Source: Lingula anatina | Lineage: Eukaryota > Animalia > Brachiopoda | Reading direction: 5' to 3' | Assembly (NCBI GenBank): GCA_051362555.1 | Contig: CM120641.1 | Span: forward strand, 14,446,001-14,510,000 | Length of the DNA: 64,000 nucleotides | Part shown: piece by piece, positions 1-12,954 of the stretch | Layout of the letters: every line of letters begins with the position of its first letter | How positions within the stretch are numbered: position 1 is the first letter of the stretch | Translations under genes and position numbers: made by a program | Notes under the pieces: generated by a model | The model's input: only the letters and a program-made list of their open reading frames with translations | Told to the model about the DNA's origin: nothing | Database searches by the model: none

Positions 1-3000
1 CACACTTTGAAAATGTATAACTTCCAGAAAAAGAAGCCAATTAGACTACTTTTCCAACTCAGGCTGCATTTTAGTCCTGTATTTCTTTTTTGAAAGTTTG
101 GCAATTATAAATAACATGGTTTTCCCATAATGGTCATCATGGCAGCAGCACCCAAAATTGTGTTTTCTTCTATTCTGATGCAATATTACATAATGGTTAA
201 CAGCCTAATGACCGTCAATTTTTAATAATAAAATATACGTATCATGGATTTTCAGAAAATGTTACTAGCATGGGTCTTCAAGCCCGTGGAACTTCAAACT
301 CACACCTTGAAAATGCCAATATGTGAAAAATTAAATTTTCACAAAAAACCTGTTTAACTGGCAGTAAGAATTACCAAGCAGCCAAAAAGTAAAACTGCCT
401 TCCACTTATCGTGTTTATAATGAAAGTGCACAGCGCCGGCGACAGCGACGACAGGCGTAGGTGATGGCATTATGTACAGACACATCTGTACATATTTACT
501 GTACTGTTTGAGAACAGTAAGTGACATGGTTTTTCTTAAATGGTCATCATGGGAGCAGTGCCCAAAATAGGTTTTTTTCAAATTTTGATGTAATATTACA
601 TAATGTTTAACAGCATAATGACCATCAATTTTTAATAATAAAATATTAGTATCATGGATATTCAGAAAATGTGACTAGCAAAAGTCTTCAGGCCCATGGA
701 ACTTCAAAGTCACAACTTGAAAATGCCAAAATGTAAACAAGACAGCACTGTTCTGAAATGTTTTATTTCCATTTTTAACAATTTTTAACATAAAACAAAA
801 TTAACAGTTTACTGCCATTTTTATATGATCAACTAAGAAAATTGATGAGATGGGAAAAATATCAATAGAGCAGTGTTAAATGTCCAATTTCTTCCATTCT
901 GAGATTCTGAACATAGTGAATGATTGAACCTGACAAACTGCAATGATATGAGTTTATTTCCATTTTTGAAACTTTATTACACAATACATGATAACAAGTT
1001 TACCATCATTTTTACAAAATCAACTAACAATGTTGTAAAGATGCAGGAAATGTCAAACAAACACTTTTACGTATCTTATTAATTAAATAATGAAACTGTT
1101 AACATGTCTAAGAATTGAATCTGAGGAAATGTGAAAAAACAGCATAACTTCTAAAATAATGGCCCGATTATGCTGATTTTTTTAACTCAACCTGTGTTTA
1201 AGCAGGATTGACCACTCCAGTGAGTTTAATGACAATTGGCCTGTCTGTTTTTCTTATATTGTGTTTACAATGTTGCATATATGCTGAAAAGTGAAAAAAG
1301 CATAACTACTTAAATAGTGGCCTGATCATGACGGTTTTCGAACTTGACCTGCGTTTTAGTAAGATCGATTACTCCTGTGAGTTTCATGACAACAGGCCAA
1401 TCGGTTTTCCTTGAAATGTGTTTACAGTGTTGCATATATGCTGAAAAGTGAAAAAAAAAACAGCATAATTTCTACAATAATGGCCCGATCATGCTGATTT
1501 TCAAACTTGACCTGCGTTTTATGAATATTCATCAGCTCTGTAAATATAAAGCCAAAAATTAAAACTGCCCTCCACTTATCGTGTTAACAAGGAAAGTGCA
1601 CGGTGCCGGCATCGGCGACGGCATCGGCGACATCAGACGCAGGTGATGGCAATATGTACAGACACATCTGTGTCTGTACATAATAATAAAATATTAGTAT
1701 CATGGATATTCAGAAAATGTGACTAGAAAAGGTCTTCAGGACCATGGAACTTCAAAGTCACACCTTGAAAATGCCAATATGTGACAAATTTAATTTTCAC
1801 AAAAAAACTGTTTAACTGCCAGAAAGAATTACCAAACAGACTGCATTGCCTAATTAAACTGTATCTTAGTCCCATGTTTCTTTCCTGTAAGTTTGAGAAC
1901 AGTAAGTGACATGGTTTTCCTTAAATGGTCATCATGGGAGCAGTGTCCAAAATAGGGGTTTCTTCAAATTTTGATGCAATATTACATAATGTTTAACAGG
2001 ATAATAACCATCAATTTTTAATAATAAAATATTAGTATCATGGATATTCAGAAAATGTGACAAGCAAAGGTCTTCAGGCCCATGGAACTTCAAAGTCACA
2101 CCTTGAAAATGCCAAAATGTAAACAAGACAGCACTGTCCTGAAATGTGTTTTTTTCCATTTTTAACAATTGTTTAACATATGACAAAATTAACAGTTTAC
2201 TGCCATTTTTATATGATCAACTAAGAAAATTGATGACATGGGAAAAATATCAATAGAACAGTGTTTAATGTCCAATTTCCTCCATTCCGAGTTTCTGAAC
2301 ATAGTGAATGAATTAATCTGACAAACTGCAATGATATGAGTTTTTTTCCATTTTTGAAACTCTATTATACAATACATGATAACAAGTTTACCATCATTTT
2401 TACATAATCAACTAACAATGTTTTAAAGTTGCAGGAAATGTCAAACAAACACATTTACATATCTTATTAGTTAAATAATGAGACTGTTAACATGCCTAAG
2501 AATTGAATCTGAGGAAATGTGAAAAAACAGCATAACTTATAAAATAATGGCCCCATTATGCTGATTTTCAAACTTGACCTGCGTTTTAGTAAGATTGATT
2601 ACTAATGTGAGTTTCATGACAACAGGCCTATGGGTTTTCCTTGAAATGTGTTAACAATGTTGCATATATGCTAAAAAGTGAAAAAACAGCATAACTACTA
2701 AAATAGTGGCCCGATCATGCCGATTTTCGAACTTGACCTGCGTTTTAGTAAGATTGATTACTCCTGTGAGTTTCATGACAACAGGCCTATCGGTTTTCCT
2801 TAAAATGTGTTAACAGGGTTGCATATATGCTGAAAAGTGAAAAAACAGCATTACTTCTACAATAATGGCCCGATCATGCTGATTTTCGAACTTGACCTGT
2901 GTTTTATGAATATTCATCAGCTCTGTAAATATAAAGCCAAAAAGTAAAACTGCCCTCCACTTATCGTGTTAACAAGGAAAGTGCACGGCGCCGGCATCGG

Positions 3001-3098
3001 CGACGGCATCGGCGACGCCATCGGCATCGGCGACGACGGCGACGACAGACGCAGGTGATGGCAATATGTACAGACACATCTGTGTCTGTACATAAAAA
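1..3098. mobile_element. Helentron-associated (HINE/DINE-1-like) non-autonomous element concatemer in a TDRD9 intron
   Basis: An ~1.39 kb block is duplicated (e.g. 601-1680 vs ~1988-3095). It has internal ~160 bp core repeats (GAAAAAACAGCATAAC near 1133, 1294, 1451, 2521, 2680, 2840), a GGCATCGGCGAC microsatellite, and a 3' hairpin TATGTACAGACACA-TC-TGTGTCTGTACATA at 1653-1682 and 3065-3094 (shorter version at 473-492), the last followed by an A-run. This architecture matches Helentron-associated elements. No Rep/Hel coding sequence is seen. Confidence 0.7.
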
Positions 3099-3767
3099 GA
3101 AAAACTTTTACATGACCAAGCATTCATCAACCTACTTCAACTTCAAAGCCACATAGACTGGTGGCTCTATAAGCTGTGTCTGTGAAGAATTGGGATCTCT
3201 CTCAAACTCTATATAAGCCTTGGTTTCTTCAAAGTGCACCTTAGGTCTCTTTCCACAACACATAAACAAGTTCTCTATAGCATGCTTGTACAAAGCACCC
3301 TGATTGGCTGGAAGATTCTTGACCTAAAACGATATGGTTCACATAATCTTAGTTTTGACATCCTTGTGCCTTGTGGATTTTCCTTGTTATTTTTACTTTA
3401 CTTTCTTGACAAATGTTTCTATACTGCCAAAATGGGGTAAAACTCTGAAACACCAAGAATGACATTTTAGAAAGCAATACATAAATGACAAACAAAACAT
3501 GTTGATTTCTTACTGATAAGCTGCAACTTGACTGAACTTAAGAAAACAATCAGATAATTTAACATGTAGAAATTCTGTTAACATCTTTTTATTGCTGCAC
3601 TGTACTTGCTAGTCTGACGTAATTTTGGATCCAACTGTCCTCCAAATACTCCAAAAGTTTGCTTATTTGTAGGACTATTTTGAATGATTCCCATTAGATT
3701 ACTACTGCAAGTGAAGTTAAGCTTCAGAAGTTCTTCCAACTGAAGAGGTAACCTGTATTTCACTCAC

Positions 3768-6700
3768 CATGACAGTGGTGCATGGATCTTTCCCAGACAT
3801 GCTACGAATAGCATCCTGTTCATCACTGGCGCCATTGATAAAATAGTTTGGATAAAATGCACCAGCAATCACCACCTACAAATGACAAAATAAGTTAAAT
3901 CCATATATTTGATTTTAATATTTATATTTTATGTTGTTATCAATCAGGCATATATCATCTAATGTAAATTATCACCTTCAGTATTCAGTATGAGTCACGA
4001 AGGACTTTTGTTCAAATGTTTTTCAAAATTCTTTATAGATATCAAATCACTTATTTTTCACCTACAGTAGAAAAGAACAGGGAATGTATAAAATTTAAAC
4101 TATTTGGCAAATCACAGTTTTAAAGATAAGAAAGGCTAATACCAATTTTCTTTTTTCTAGATTTACATGTAGTTTGACCAGACCACATTCAAAAGCAGCA
4201 AACCTTGAGTATCAGCAGATCCTGTCCAGGATTTGGTGGCAACCTGTGCCTGCCTCTAGGAATGCGTATGTTGAATTTGGCCAGACGGTCAGTCAACTCC
4301 TTGACCAGTGTGGCCACCTCAGCAATTCTACGGATCTGAATGAACTGACTTTTGCACCACTGCTGCTCTCTACTTACTAACCCTTTGAATCCTGAATATG
4401 GATCCTGCTTGTTAGACTCCCATGTCTAAAAGAAAAGGATTTGCTTTTAATTAACTGCACAAATTTCACATTATATCATTGCTCCCCCCTCTCTGGGGCA
4501 AATAAATCACAGAATAATTACTTAAAAACAAAAACAGCATTTTTTTACATCATGGATATTTCTGCTAAATATTTTTGTATCACTAAGGCATGTTTATAAG
4601 CAAGCATGCAGCTGATATTGTAAATTATAGAAGAAAAACTTGTAAAGACGAACTCACTTTGTATGCATTGAGGTAGGCAATACTGTCACTAAAACTTCCA
4701 TCTGCCCAGCCAAGTCTGGACCTAAAATTAGTGCAGAAAACAAACAGCTGTTTAAGGTTTATTATGTCAAACAATTTGTGCTTGTTAAAATATGATGAAA
4801 CTAAAATACAAAGAAACTGAGGAAAAATATTTGAGTACAGTTTAAACTTTTATTCTAAAAAAATGTTTATCTCCAATAACATTTAACAGGTGATACTAAC
4901 ATTGAAACTTTTCCAAAATTTTGTATTGTTGAACTATATAACTAAGTAATAAATACTTCTCACTTGTAAGCATTGAGATCAGCATTGAAAGGCCTTGCAA
5001 AAAAGCTTTTCAGGGACATTGCAGCACCTGGGTAATAGATAAAAACTTTTTCAGATAGAGAAATTTTCTTAGCCAAGTGAAATATGAGAAAAATGCGAAT
5101 ATCACACTGCATATATATTTTCATACTTTCATATCAAATGCAAACCAATTTTTATCCAAACTTACCTACAAATCACATTCATACTTACTTCAAAATACAT
5201 CACTATAGAAGGCTTTAAAATGGTTGAAATGACCACTCAAGCCAGCCTATATAACAGCAAAAACATTCTCTCCTATGCCTACTCACCAATAATAATGCAT
5301 TGTTCTAGCAATCCAAACACATGTCCTAACATGAAGAGTTTCCCTATTCTGATGTCCACTGGCAGACTAGCCAGAACCCGCCCTATGAAAGTCAGCTCTC
5401 CATCATGGGGGTTGACCGCTCCACTGGACAGTGATGACAGGGCACCAACCTGTTAAAGACCATTTATGATTTTTTTTTTGCTTTTTGAAAATAATAGATG
5501 TGCATGTACGTGTGCATTTTAATGCATGTGAGCATGTTTGTTTTTTGGACAATACAATTTAAATAAAAAATTTACTCCGAAATCCACTTCATATTCTTAA
5601 CAACATCATGAAACCTATATCTTAGCAACAAAAATACTGACAAAACAAGAAGGCAAAGTTTCTCTATGGTGTGCTATTTTTGGCAAGTTTCACCTACTTC
5701 TTTCAGCATTAAAATGGTCCTTTCTATGTCATCTAGGTTTGGTGGGGAGAGAGCCATGCCAAGAATTGCTTTGGGCTCACCAAGATCCAGCAGTTTTACT
5801 TGTAATATAAGCTGATCTAGTGGACTCCTCTGAAATTGAAAAATGATTGTCAAATATTTTTAATCAAAAAATCATGTTTTTACATTTAATCTTACTTGAG
5901 AACTAATACTACTTTAGTAGGTCTATGTTTCAGCTTTTGTTTTCTATATATCTTTGCATATATGGTATATAATTTTTGTACATCCAGTCAAATTATAGCT
6001 CCAAGATGTTGCAAAAAAAAAAAAGGCTAAGTTCTCATTCCTAAAAGAAGACTGAGTTTTGTTTCTGAAAATAAAATTTCACCTGCATCTCGGGTCTGCC
6101 ATATTCCTGCATGTGCTCCTCATAGAACTTCCTATAGACCATCCTGTACACTCTGCCATCAGACACACGCCCAGCACGACCTAGAAAGAATGGAGACTGG
6201 TCTAGCATTTCTTGTTTATGACATTCCGATATGAATTTAAAAATGAAACTATCCATTTTGGATGGACTTAATTACATTTAAGTCTTTTCAAAACCCAAAA
6301 GACTGCTACAATAATTCAGCTCTGGCATTTTATGTCTATAAAATCTGCCATGTTTTACCTCTTCTCTGGTTGGAGTTTGCCTTGGAAGCCCACTCTACCT
6401 GAAGTCTAGAGTAGTTGGTCTCTGGATCACAAACTAACACCTTGGTCAGGCAGAAGTCTATCACTGGATGTAGAAGAGAAATTTTACATGAAAATTATAT
6501 GTTTATTAAGAGCAATAGAATAGGAATATTCTACATGATTTTATCACTTGTGACTTGATCATATTATACTACCCTAGTTTAACTGACACCGATAAATAGA
6601 AGACACTCAGTATGGTAATAATTATTTCAATCTAATTGTCTAAATTCAGAAATAACTTCAAACATCCACTTCAATACATCATGTGAAATAACTGTGTGTG

Positions 6701-7963
6701 TTAAAAATGAGCATACCAAACTATGTATTACTGTTTACTTAATTATGGTTTTATCCACTTACCATATTTAATATCAGGCACTGTGATGGAACTTTCTGCA
6801 ATGTTAGTGGACAAAATTATCTGGAATCAAAAATGAATACTAGGCATAACTTTACAATCAGAAACTTTTCTGTTCTACTTATATTAATCCTTTCTACATG
6901 TCACTTTTTAAAGAAAATTTGATAAGTAAGCATATTTGTATCATCAATATTTAGGTTTAATCAATACATATGAATACCTTTCTGAACCCAGACTGTGGTA
7001 GATCAAACACCCTGGTTTGCTCTTCTGCAGTTATGGAAGAATGCAGGGGCAAAACCCAAAGCCTGAGGAGAAACAAGGCAAGAATAAAATTGCTTAATTC
7101 ATAGGGCATCACATTATTGCCCAATTCATTTTAATTCTTAATATTTTACTTTTCTTATGACAGCCCACATGTCTCCATGTTCAATTTCATTAAATTAGAT
7201 AATTCATGTCCTCCTAAATTAAATGTATTCAGCAATCACCTGTGTGATTCTGTGAGTTCTCTCAAATGGTCTTCCAGATCTTTTATCTCTCCCATACCTA
7301 AAATACAAGAAACACCACAGTTGGTGTGATTATGAAACAGAATTATTTGATTAACAAATAAATATTTCATAAATTATGTCAAATGATAACAGTAGAGTTC
7401 ATTTTAAATTCAGTTTACAATTGTTCACTTAGGTTAGGCTAGCCTTCAAGTCTCTGTTGGTTTACAACTTACCTGGCAGAAATATCAGCACCGTTCCTCT
7501 TTTTGGAGCAAATCCATTGACAGTTTTACTTAAAGAAAAGATGGTATCAGTAAGTTTTAGCTGAGACATTAGGACAATATTAATTTAACATTCTTACCAT
7601 TTCAAAAAGCAACCAACTATGAACATTGAATCCACAAGAATCAAAAGGAAAAAAGGTCTTGGGTTGTAGCACATAAACGTAGCACTCTTCTTTTACAAGA
7701 CCAAAACAAAAATAATACAAAAATTTATCATGATAAAACATGGTAGGATTTCAAACACAGATTTTCTATCCCAATGCTAAGCTCAGTATTGTATGTTTAA
7801 GATGAAATTGATATCTTACCCTTGATCTTGTATTTCTAAATTATCAAACTGCTGTACGAGTTTCTTGCACAGGTTCATCGACTCACTGGGTATACAAGGA
7901 TTGTTGGGTTCTAGCTCAGGCAGCTAGATAAGAAATAAATAAATTAAAATATTTATTTGCAGT

Positions 7964-8044
<81 letters not shown>

Positions 8045-11000
8045 GTTCCCTCAGTTGCAGAATATTAAACCATTTTTTTTCTGAACTTAATAGAACATTT
8101 AAATTATGTTAAATTATTCAAATATCTTCAATGTCATAATATTATCTAAATTGTCAACCAACATCCACAGATTATGAGATATCATGCAATTAACGTAAAA
8201 AATAGCAATAAAATGATTCATTAACATGAAAGTAATGTATTTATTTACATGAAAACACATTACGCAGAAAAACTGATAGTAAGAAGAAATATAGTTTACT
8301 CATCTATGCACCGATACAGAGAGGTACTGACCTCACCAAGAGTTTTCAAATCTTCAACATAATATTCTGACACTGTGTAGGCTCTTCCTTCCACTGACAC
8401 AACAGGTGCAGGTTCTACCTTTCCTAGCACAGGGGTGCCAAAGTACCCAGCAAACATATCAGAATCAAATGTGGCTGACATCAAAACAACCTAAAAAAAA
8501 TAATTTTAATGATTGTCAGCTGCCATACATGTCTCAAAAGTGTACATTCCCATAAAAAAGGTTTTCACAATAAGATCTTAATAAACCATATACAAGTTCA
8601 TGTGGTAAAGTACCTACTTAGACCTTAATATGTGTGCAATTCCTCAAAAGGTGACCATTAAATGAGTTATACCTAAGTGAGCCTCTCAAATGCATTTTAC
8701 GCTTCCAACACAATCTGAAAATCTTAAAGATGTAAGATTTTTAAACATCTTAATTTTTTTGTGATCACTTCAGCTTGATAATTTGAAAATTTTAATAATC
8801 TCAAATGATAAACTGTACCCCATGTATGTTTGGTGACTATGAGGAATACATACCTTTACATGTGGAGAGTTACTACGTAACAGTTTCCTCACAACCAGAA
8901 GGCAAAAGTCAGAATCTTCATCTCTCTCATGAACCTTGTAAGATAAAAGATGGAAAATATGTTGTTTATTTTTGCACATTTAAGAATAAAATTATAAATA
9001 TATTTGGTTTCAAAAATTTGGACAACATGCATGTATCAAAATCAGAAACATCTATTCAAAGTTGTCATTAAAAACTTAATAGGAATAGGGTGAAATATCC
9101 AGTTTAACTAACCTCATCCAGTACCACATGTGTGAACTCCCGCATGTTCTTGGCACTAATAAGCTTCTGCAGCAGCACCCCAGTTGTCACATACATCAGC
9201 CTGGTGTCATCACTGCCAAAACGGTCCAATGCAACCTTAAAACATATAGAAACTGCTATCAATTTTTCTACTGAAGGAAGGGGAGAGGGGGGGGGACAGT
9301 TTTATAAGACATGGGTATAAGCACTAATTAAAGGTTGCAGGTAGGTGTCTACCTTTATCTATCAAAAAATTTACAAGTGACTTCCATATGTTTGACATTC
9401 AAACTTACCTGATATCCCACCACACTGCCTAATCTCCAGCCCCTCTCCTGACACACCCTCCTAGCAATGCTCATTGCTGCTATCCTCCTTGGCTGAGTGA
9501 CAACAATATTACAGTACTTCCCAGCTTGTGCATAGTGATCCAGAATGTACTGTGGCACTTGGGTTGTTTTGCCAGAACCTGTAGATCCTTGGATGACGGT
9601 CACTCTGTTGCTTTCAATGGTATCCACAACCTAAAATATGTTGAAGTAAATGTACAAGTTAAAGCTGCTGTCATTTGTTTTTAAAAATGCCCAATCATTT
9701 GATATGATAAAAAAATTACAATGTAAATAGCTTCTTTAGTTTCCACTGATCTTTGCTTAATGAACAATGCATGCATTTAACATAACAAGTTTGTCAACTT
9801 CATATGTATCTGAAATAATTTGCAAAAATTCAATAGCTTGTATGTCATTTGATGATAAAACGCAGCCAAAGTTGAAACATTGTATAAAAGATGATAAATT
9901 GTACATATGAACAAGTTGACTAGGACCAAACAAACTACTTATTTTTTTATTTCAGATAACTGTTATTTCATACTGAAATTCAGAGAGTACAAAATTTATA
10001 AAGTTTACAAAAATATACCTCAATACATAAAAATATCTAGGCAAATATATATAAACAACAACAAAAATACAATGATCAAACTCACATCTTCATGATAGTG
10101 TGTAATAGGTAGATTCTTATCATATGTGTGCTCAAAGTTGTAATTTCTATACACAGCAGTGGAATTTGGAGGTTCTTCTGGCAAGAAACTCACTGTACTC
10201 ATGGTGTCACTTATACCTTCTAAATCCAGCTGATGTGAAGTATCAGAATCTCTGCCGAGAGACTGAAAGAAAAAAGAATGCCAACATATAATACAATATT
10301 TGGATACTTGTAGGTTGTACAACCAAAGAGTTCACTTAATAATTGGCTATTATTTTCCCTCTGTCAAAAGGTAGTTTAAGAAATAAATTGTCAATGGAGA
10401 GTTCTTAAAATGCACACATTGTGTAAGGAAGACCTTACCTGGTCAGTACTAGTACACACCCCACCACTGATTAACTGGCTGTTTTCTACATCCTGATAAT
10501 GTTTGGCATATTGTGTTTGATATGGGTTGCCTTCTCTTGTGTGTCTGCAAAGGAAACATTTTAAAATAGAAAATGCAGTCATGGGTAGTTCAGCACATTT
10601 TTCAATTTCCCGGCCATCAAGCTCCCTTTGTCATGTTGGAACCTCTGTGACCTTTGACTGCAGCTAGTTAACCAGGCCCCCATAACTCAAAAGCATCGCG
10701 TACTGCGAATAGTGATATCGGATAGACTACAGTGTATTATATAGGGCGAGCATGGGCGAGTTATAGAATCAAGACGTGCAATGCTTTTGAGTTACGGGGC
10801 CCAGGCCAACCACAGGTTTATTCAGAACCACGAAGTGTACATATAACCAAATGCACATTTGCTCAGTGAATTTCTTTCAGGTCAGAGTCATATGCATGTG
10901 ACCATACTTAGCACTTATGAATGTCACATCTTGCTGACTTATGGTGTATCCACTAATGTATATTAATACTGAACCTAGCTTCCAGGCTTTGCAGTTACTT

Positions 11001-11506
11001 TGAGTTTGCTAGGTTAACTATACACACAGACCTCCACCCCCTTGCCTCAGTTTTTGGCCTTATATGTTTAGAGCAAAAGGACAATGATTGGGATTATGCT
11101 ACAAGCTGCAATATGACACACAAAGTGGGGAGATTCCTAGCGTTTTAATTTGATAACACGACATGTGCTTTTTAAAGTTTACCTCAGGTGATTATATATA
11201 AGTACCCAGCATGCGACCTCCCCCCCCCCAAAGGATTTATAAATAACGATTTACAAGATATCCAAAACAATAATTCGCATTGCATGTGTATCAAACAAGG
11301 ATTTCAAATACATTACATATTTTCAATTACCTTTTATACCGCGGTACATATGGACGCGCTGGTTTCACTATAGGTTGCATGTTCTGATTCAACTCTCTCC
11401 CTCCAGATTTGCTCCGAGGGACCGTCTGAACTTTGGGGACTGCTCTTCCAATTCTGAACCAATCATCGACCTGTTCTAAGGTCAGTTCAGCTCCTAAACG
11501 ACTCAT
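3768..11506 (-). CDS. TDRD9: ATP-dependent DExH RNA helicase TDRD9/spindle-E, 5' portion (about 20 exons; gene continues beyond window start)
   Basis: Exon 1 (11506-11331) reads MSRLGAELTLEQVDDWFRIG, like the TDRD9 N-terminus LTIEQINDWFTIG. Exon 9630-9409 has Walker A GSTGSGKTTQVPQYILD and TQPRRIAA. DE|VHER is split across exons near 9113 and 8935. Later exons give LMSAT, LIFLPG, ILSTNIAESSITVPDI, GRAGRVSDG and VIAGAFYPNYF (3875-3768). Approximate exons: 11331-11506, 10439-10544, 10086-10262, 9409-9630, 9113-9235, 8840-8935, 8332-8490, 7820-7924, 7473-7529, 7240-7297, 6978-7061, 6763-6820, 6359-6457, 6083-6181, 5698-5828, 5287-5449, 4964-5027, 4658-4721, 4204-4424, 3768-3875, with GT-AG boundaries. 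Confidence 0.93.
7965..8043. repeat. (TAA)n microsatellite, intronic
   Basis: About 26 perfect TAA units. Confidence 0.97.
10675..10802. mobile_element. Small palindromic MITE in TDRD9 intron 1
   Basis: GGCCCCCATAACTCAAAAGCAT ... ATGCTTTTGAGTTACGGGGCCC imperfect terminal inverted repeats. Confidence 0.6.
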
Positions 11507-11620
11507 ATTTTTAAGGAAATTTTTAATGAAATTTCTGCTTTAGCCTTACAGCCTTAATGTAATGTACTACACGAAGTGCAGGTTTATAGGATCCTCCTTC
11601 ACATGGATGTATATTTGTTG

Positions 11621-11632
11621 AGCGCATGCGCA
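11621..11632. promoter_or_regulatory. NRF1-type motif in the TDRD9 promoter
   Basis: AGCGCATGCGCA about 115 bp upstream of the TDRD9 ATG; matches the (T)GCGCATGCGCA NRF1/ewg consensus. Confidence 0.5.
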
Positions 11633-11811
11633 GAACGTCCCTAAGTTTACTGTACTGTGCTTGGCTCGGTCTGCACAGCCGTCTGCAGACCTACCATCCT
11701 CTGAGTTGGGGAATCTGGAGACTGACAGATTTTTTTCTTTCGCAAAACCTGGTAATTTGGTTAAAATCCTTAAGGTTACAACAGAGCGTTCTTCTTGTCA
11801 AAGGAGACACA

Positions 11812-12027
11812 AAGTCCTGACCCACCCCCTTCGGTTTCTGAAAAAAAATCACACTAAATTGTAATTTTCCCCTGTTGAATTATAATTTTGACTAGCTGAT
11901 TTATGGTACTAATCCGTACCAAATGGCATCGTTCGCCCTCTAAAATACCAAAATACCACCCGGGGGGGGGGGGGGGGGGGGAGGCTTTGCATCCCCCCCC
12001 CTTCAAATAATTCTGGATCCGCCCCTG
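11812..12027 (-). mobile_element. CAGGGGCGGATCCAG-terminus MITE fragment (same family as 36854-37090)
   Basis: Ends ...TTCAAATAATTCTGGATCCGCCCCTG; the reverse complement aligns with 36854-37060. Confidence 0.65.
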
Positions 12028-12150
12028 GCCACGAAATATGTCTCAAATAATGTGATTATAAAGAGATAATACCCCTTCGTTTTAGTCAAAAGTTAAAGTT
12101 AGTTCATGTCTTTTTTTTTTTTTTTTTTTTACACATAGGCCTATATAATA

Positions 12151-12294
12151 CAGGCCCGTAGCCAGCAATTTCAAAAGGGGGTTCTTTTTCTGAAAAGGTG
12201 GACCTTTTCCCATAAAAACTTCATGTACCTAGATCAAATTTTACCCAGAGTGGACCTTTTCCCAGCAAAAGGGGCGGTTCTTTCGACCCCCCCG

Positions 12295-12340
<46 letters not shown>

Positions 12341-12352
12341 TCTACGGGCCTG
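12151..12352. mobile_element. MITE with CAGGCCCGTAG TIRs and 5-bp TSD (hAT5-like)
   Basis: CAGGCCCGTAG...CTACGGGCCTG flanked by TAATA on both sides (12146-12150, 12353-12357). A diverged relative lies at ~19419-19568. Confidence 0.8.
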
Positions 12353-12809
12353 TAATAACCCTAAAATAATAGCCTACAGCCATCTTTGAAGGCACGCGTG
12401 GTCTGATAGCATAATTGCGATACCCGCTGTTTTGGTAGTAGGTCTAAAATGGAATTTATGTGTATTTCTGAATTGTTTATAATTGTATTAATTGTGAAAA
12501 ATGAATTTCATACGAACAGTTATCCTTTTAATTATTTTTAAGCAACTTTCGGGAAAATGAAACAAATTAGGCCTAGTTAGGCTATCATAGGCCTAAATTA
12601 CGCTCTATTGAATAAAATAAATATAACATTTAGATAAATATTAAACTGGGTTTATCTTTTTGGAGGGAGAGGCACTATATATGTGGATAATATAGTTTAG
12701 TCTGCATCAAATCTTGACAATATAATTTATATTGTTATATATTCAGTTGCTGACCTAGACCTATGTTAAGTCGATTTTACGATCTCTTACGCCGCGCCAT
12801 AGTTAACCC

Positions 12810-12954
12810 TAGCACGAAAATTCATGCATTAGCACTCCTATTGACGATTCTGATATGTAGCCTACTAGCTGTCTGTGCTAACACAGAGAAACAAACAGAC
12901 AGTACATATATCAGAATCGTCAATAGGAGTGCTAACGCATGAATTTTCGTGCTA
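12810..12954. mobile_element. Palindromic MITE with 9-bp TSD (AcademH- or MuDR-like)
   Basis: TAGCACGAAAATTCATGC...GCATGAATTTTCGTGCTA with ~50 bp arms, flanked by direct repeat AGTTAACCC (12801-12809, 12955-12963). Confidence 0.8.

Noticed and set aside
354-3123. Short ORFs within the left-end repeat
   Set aside because: They arise from repeat and microsatellite sequence in a TDRD9 intron; no Rep, helicase or transposase motifs.
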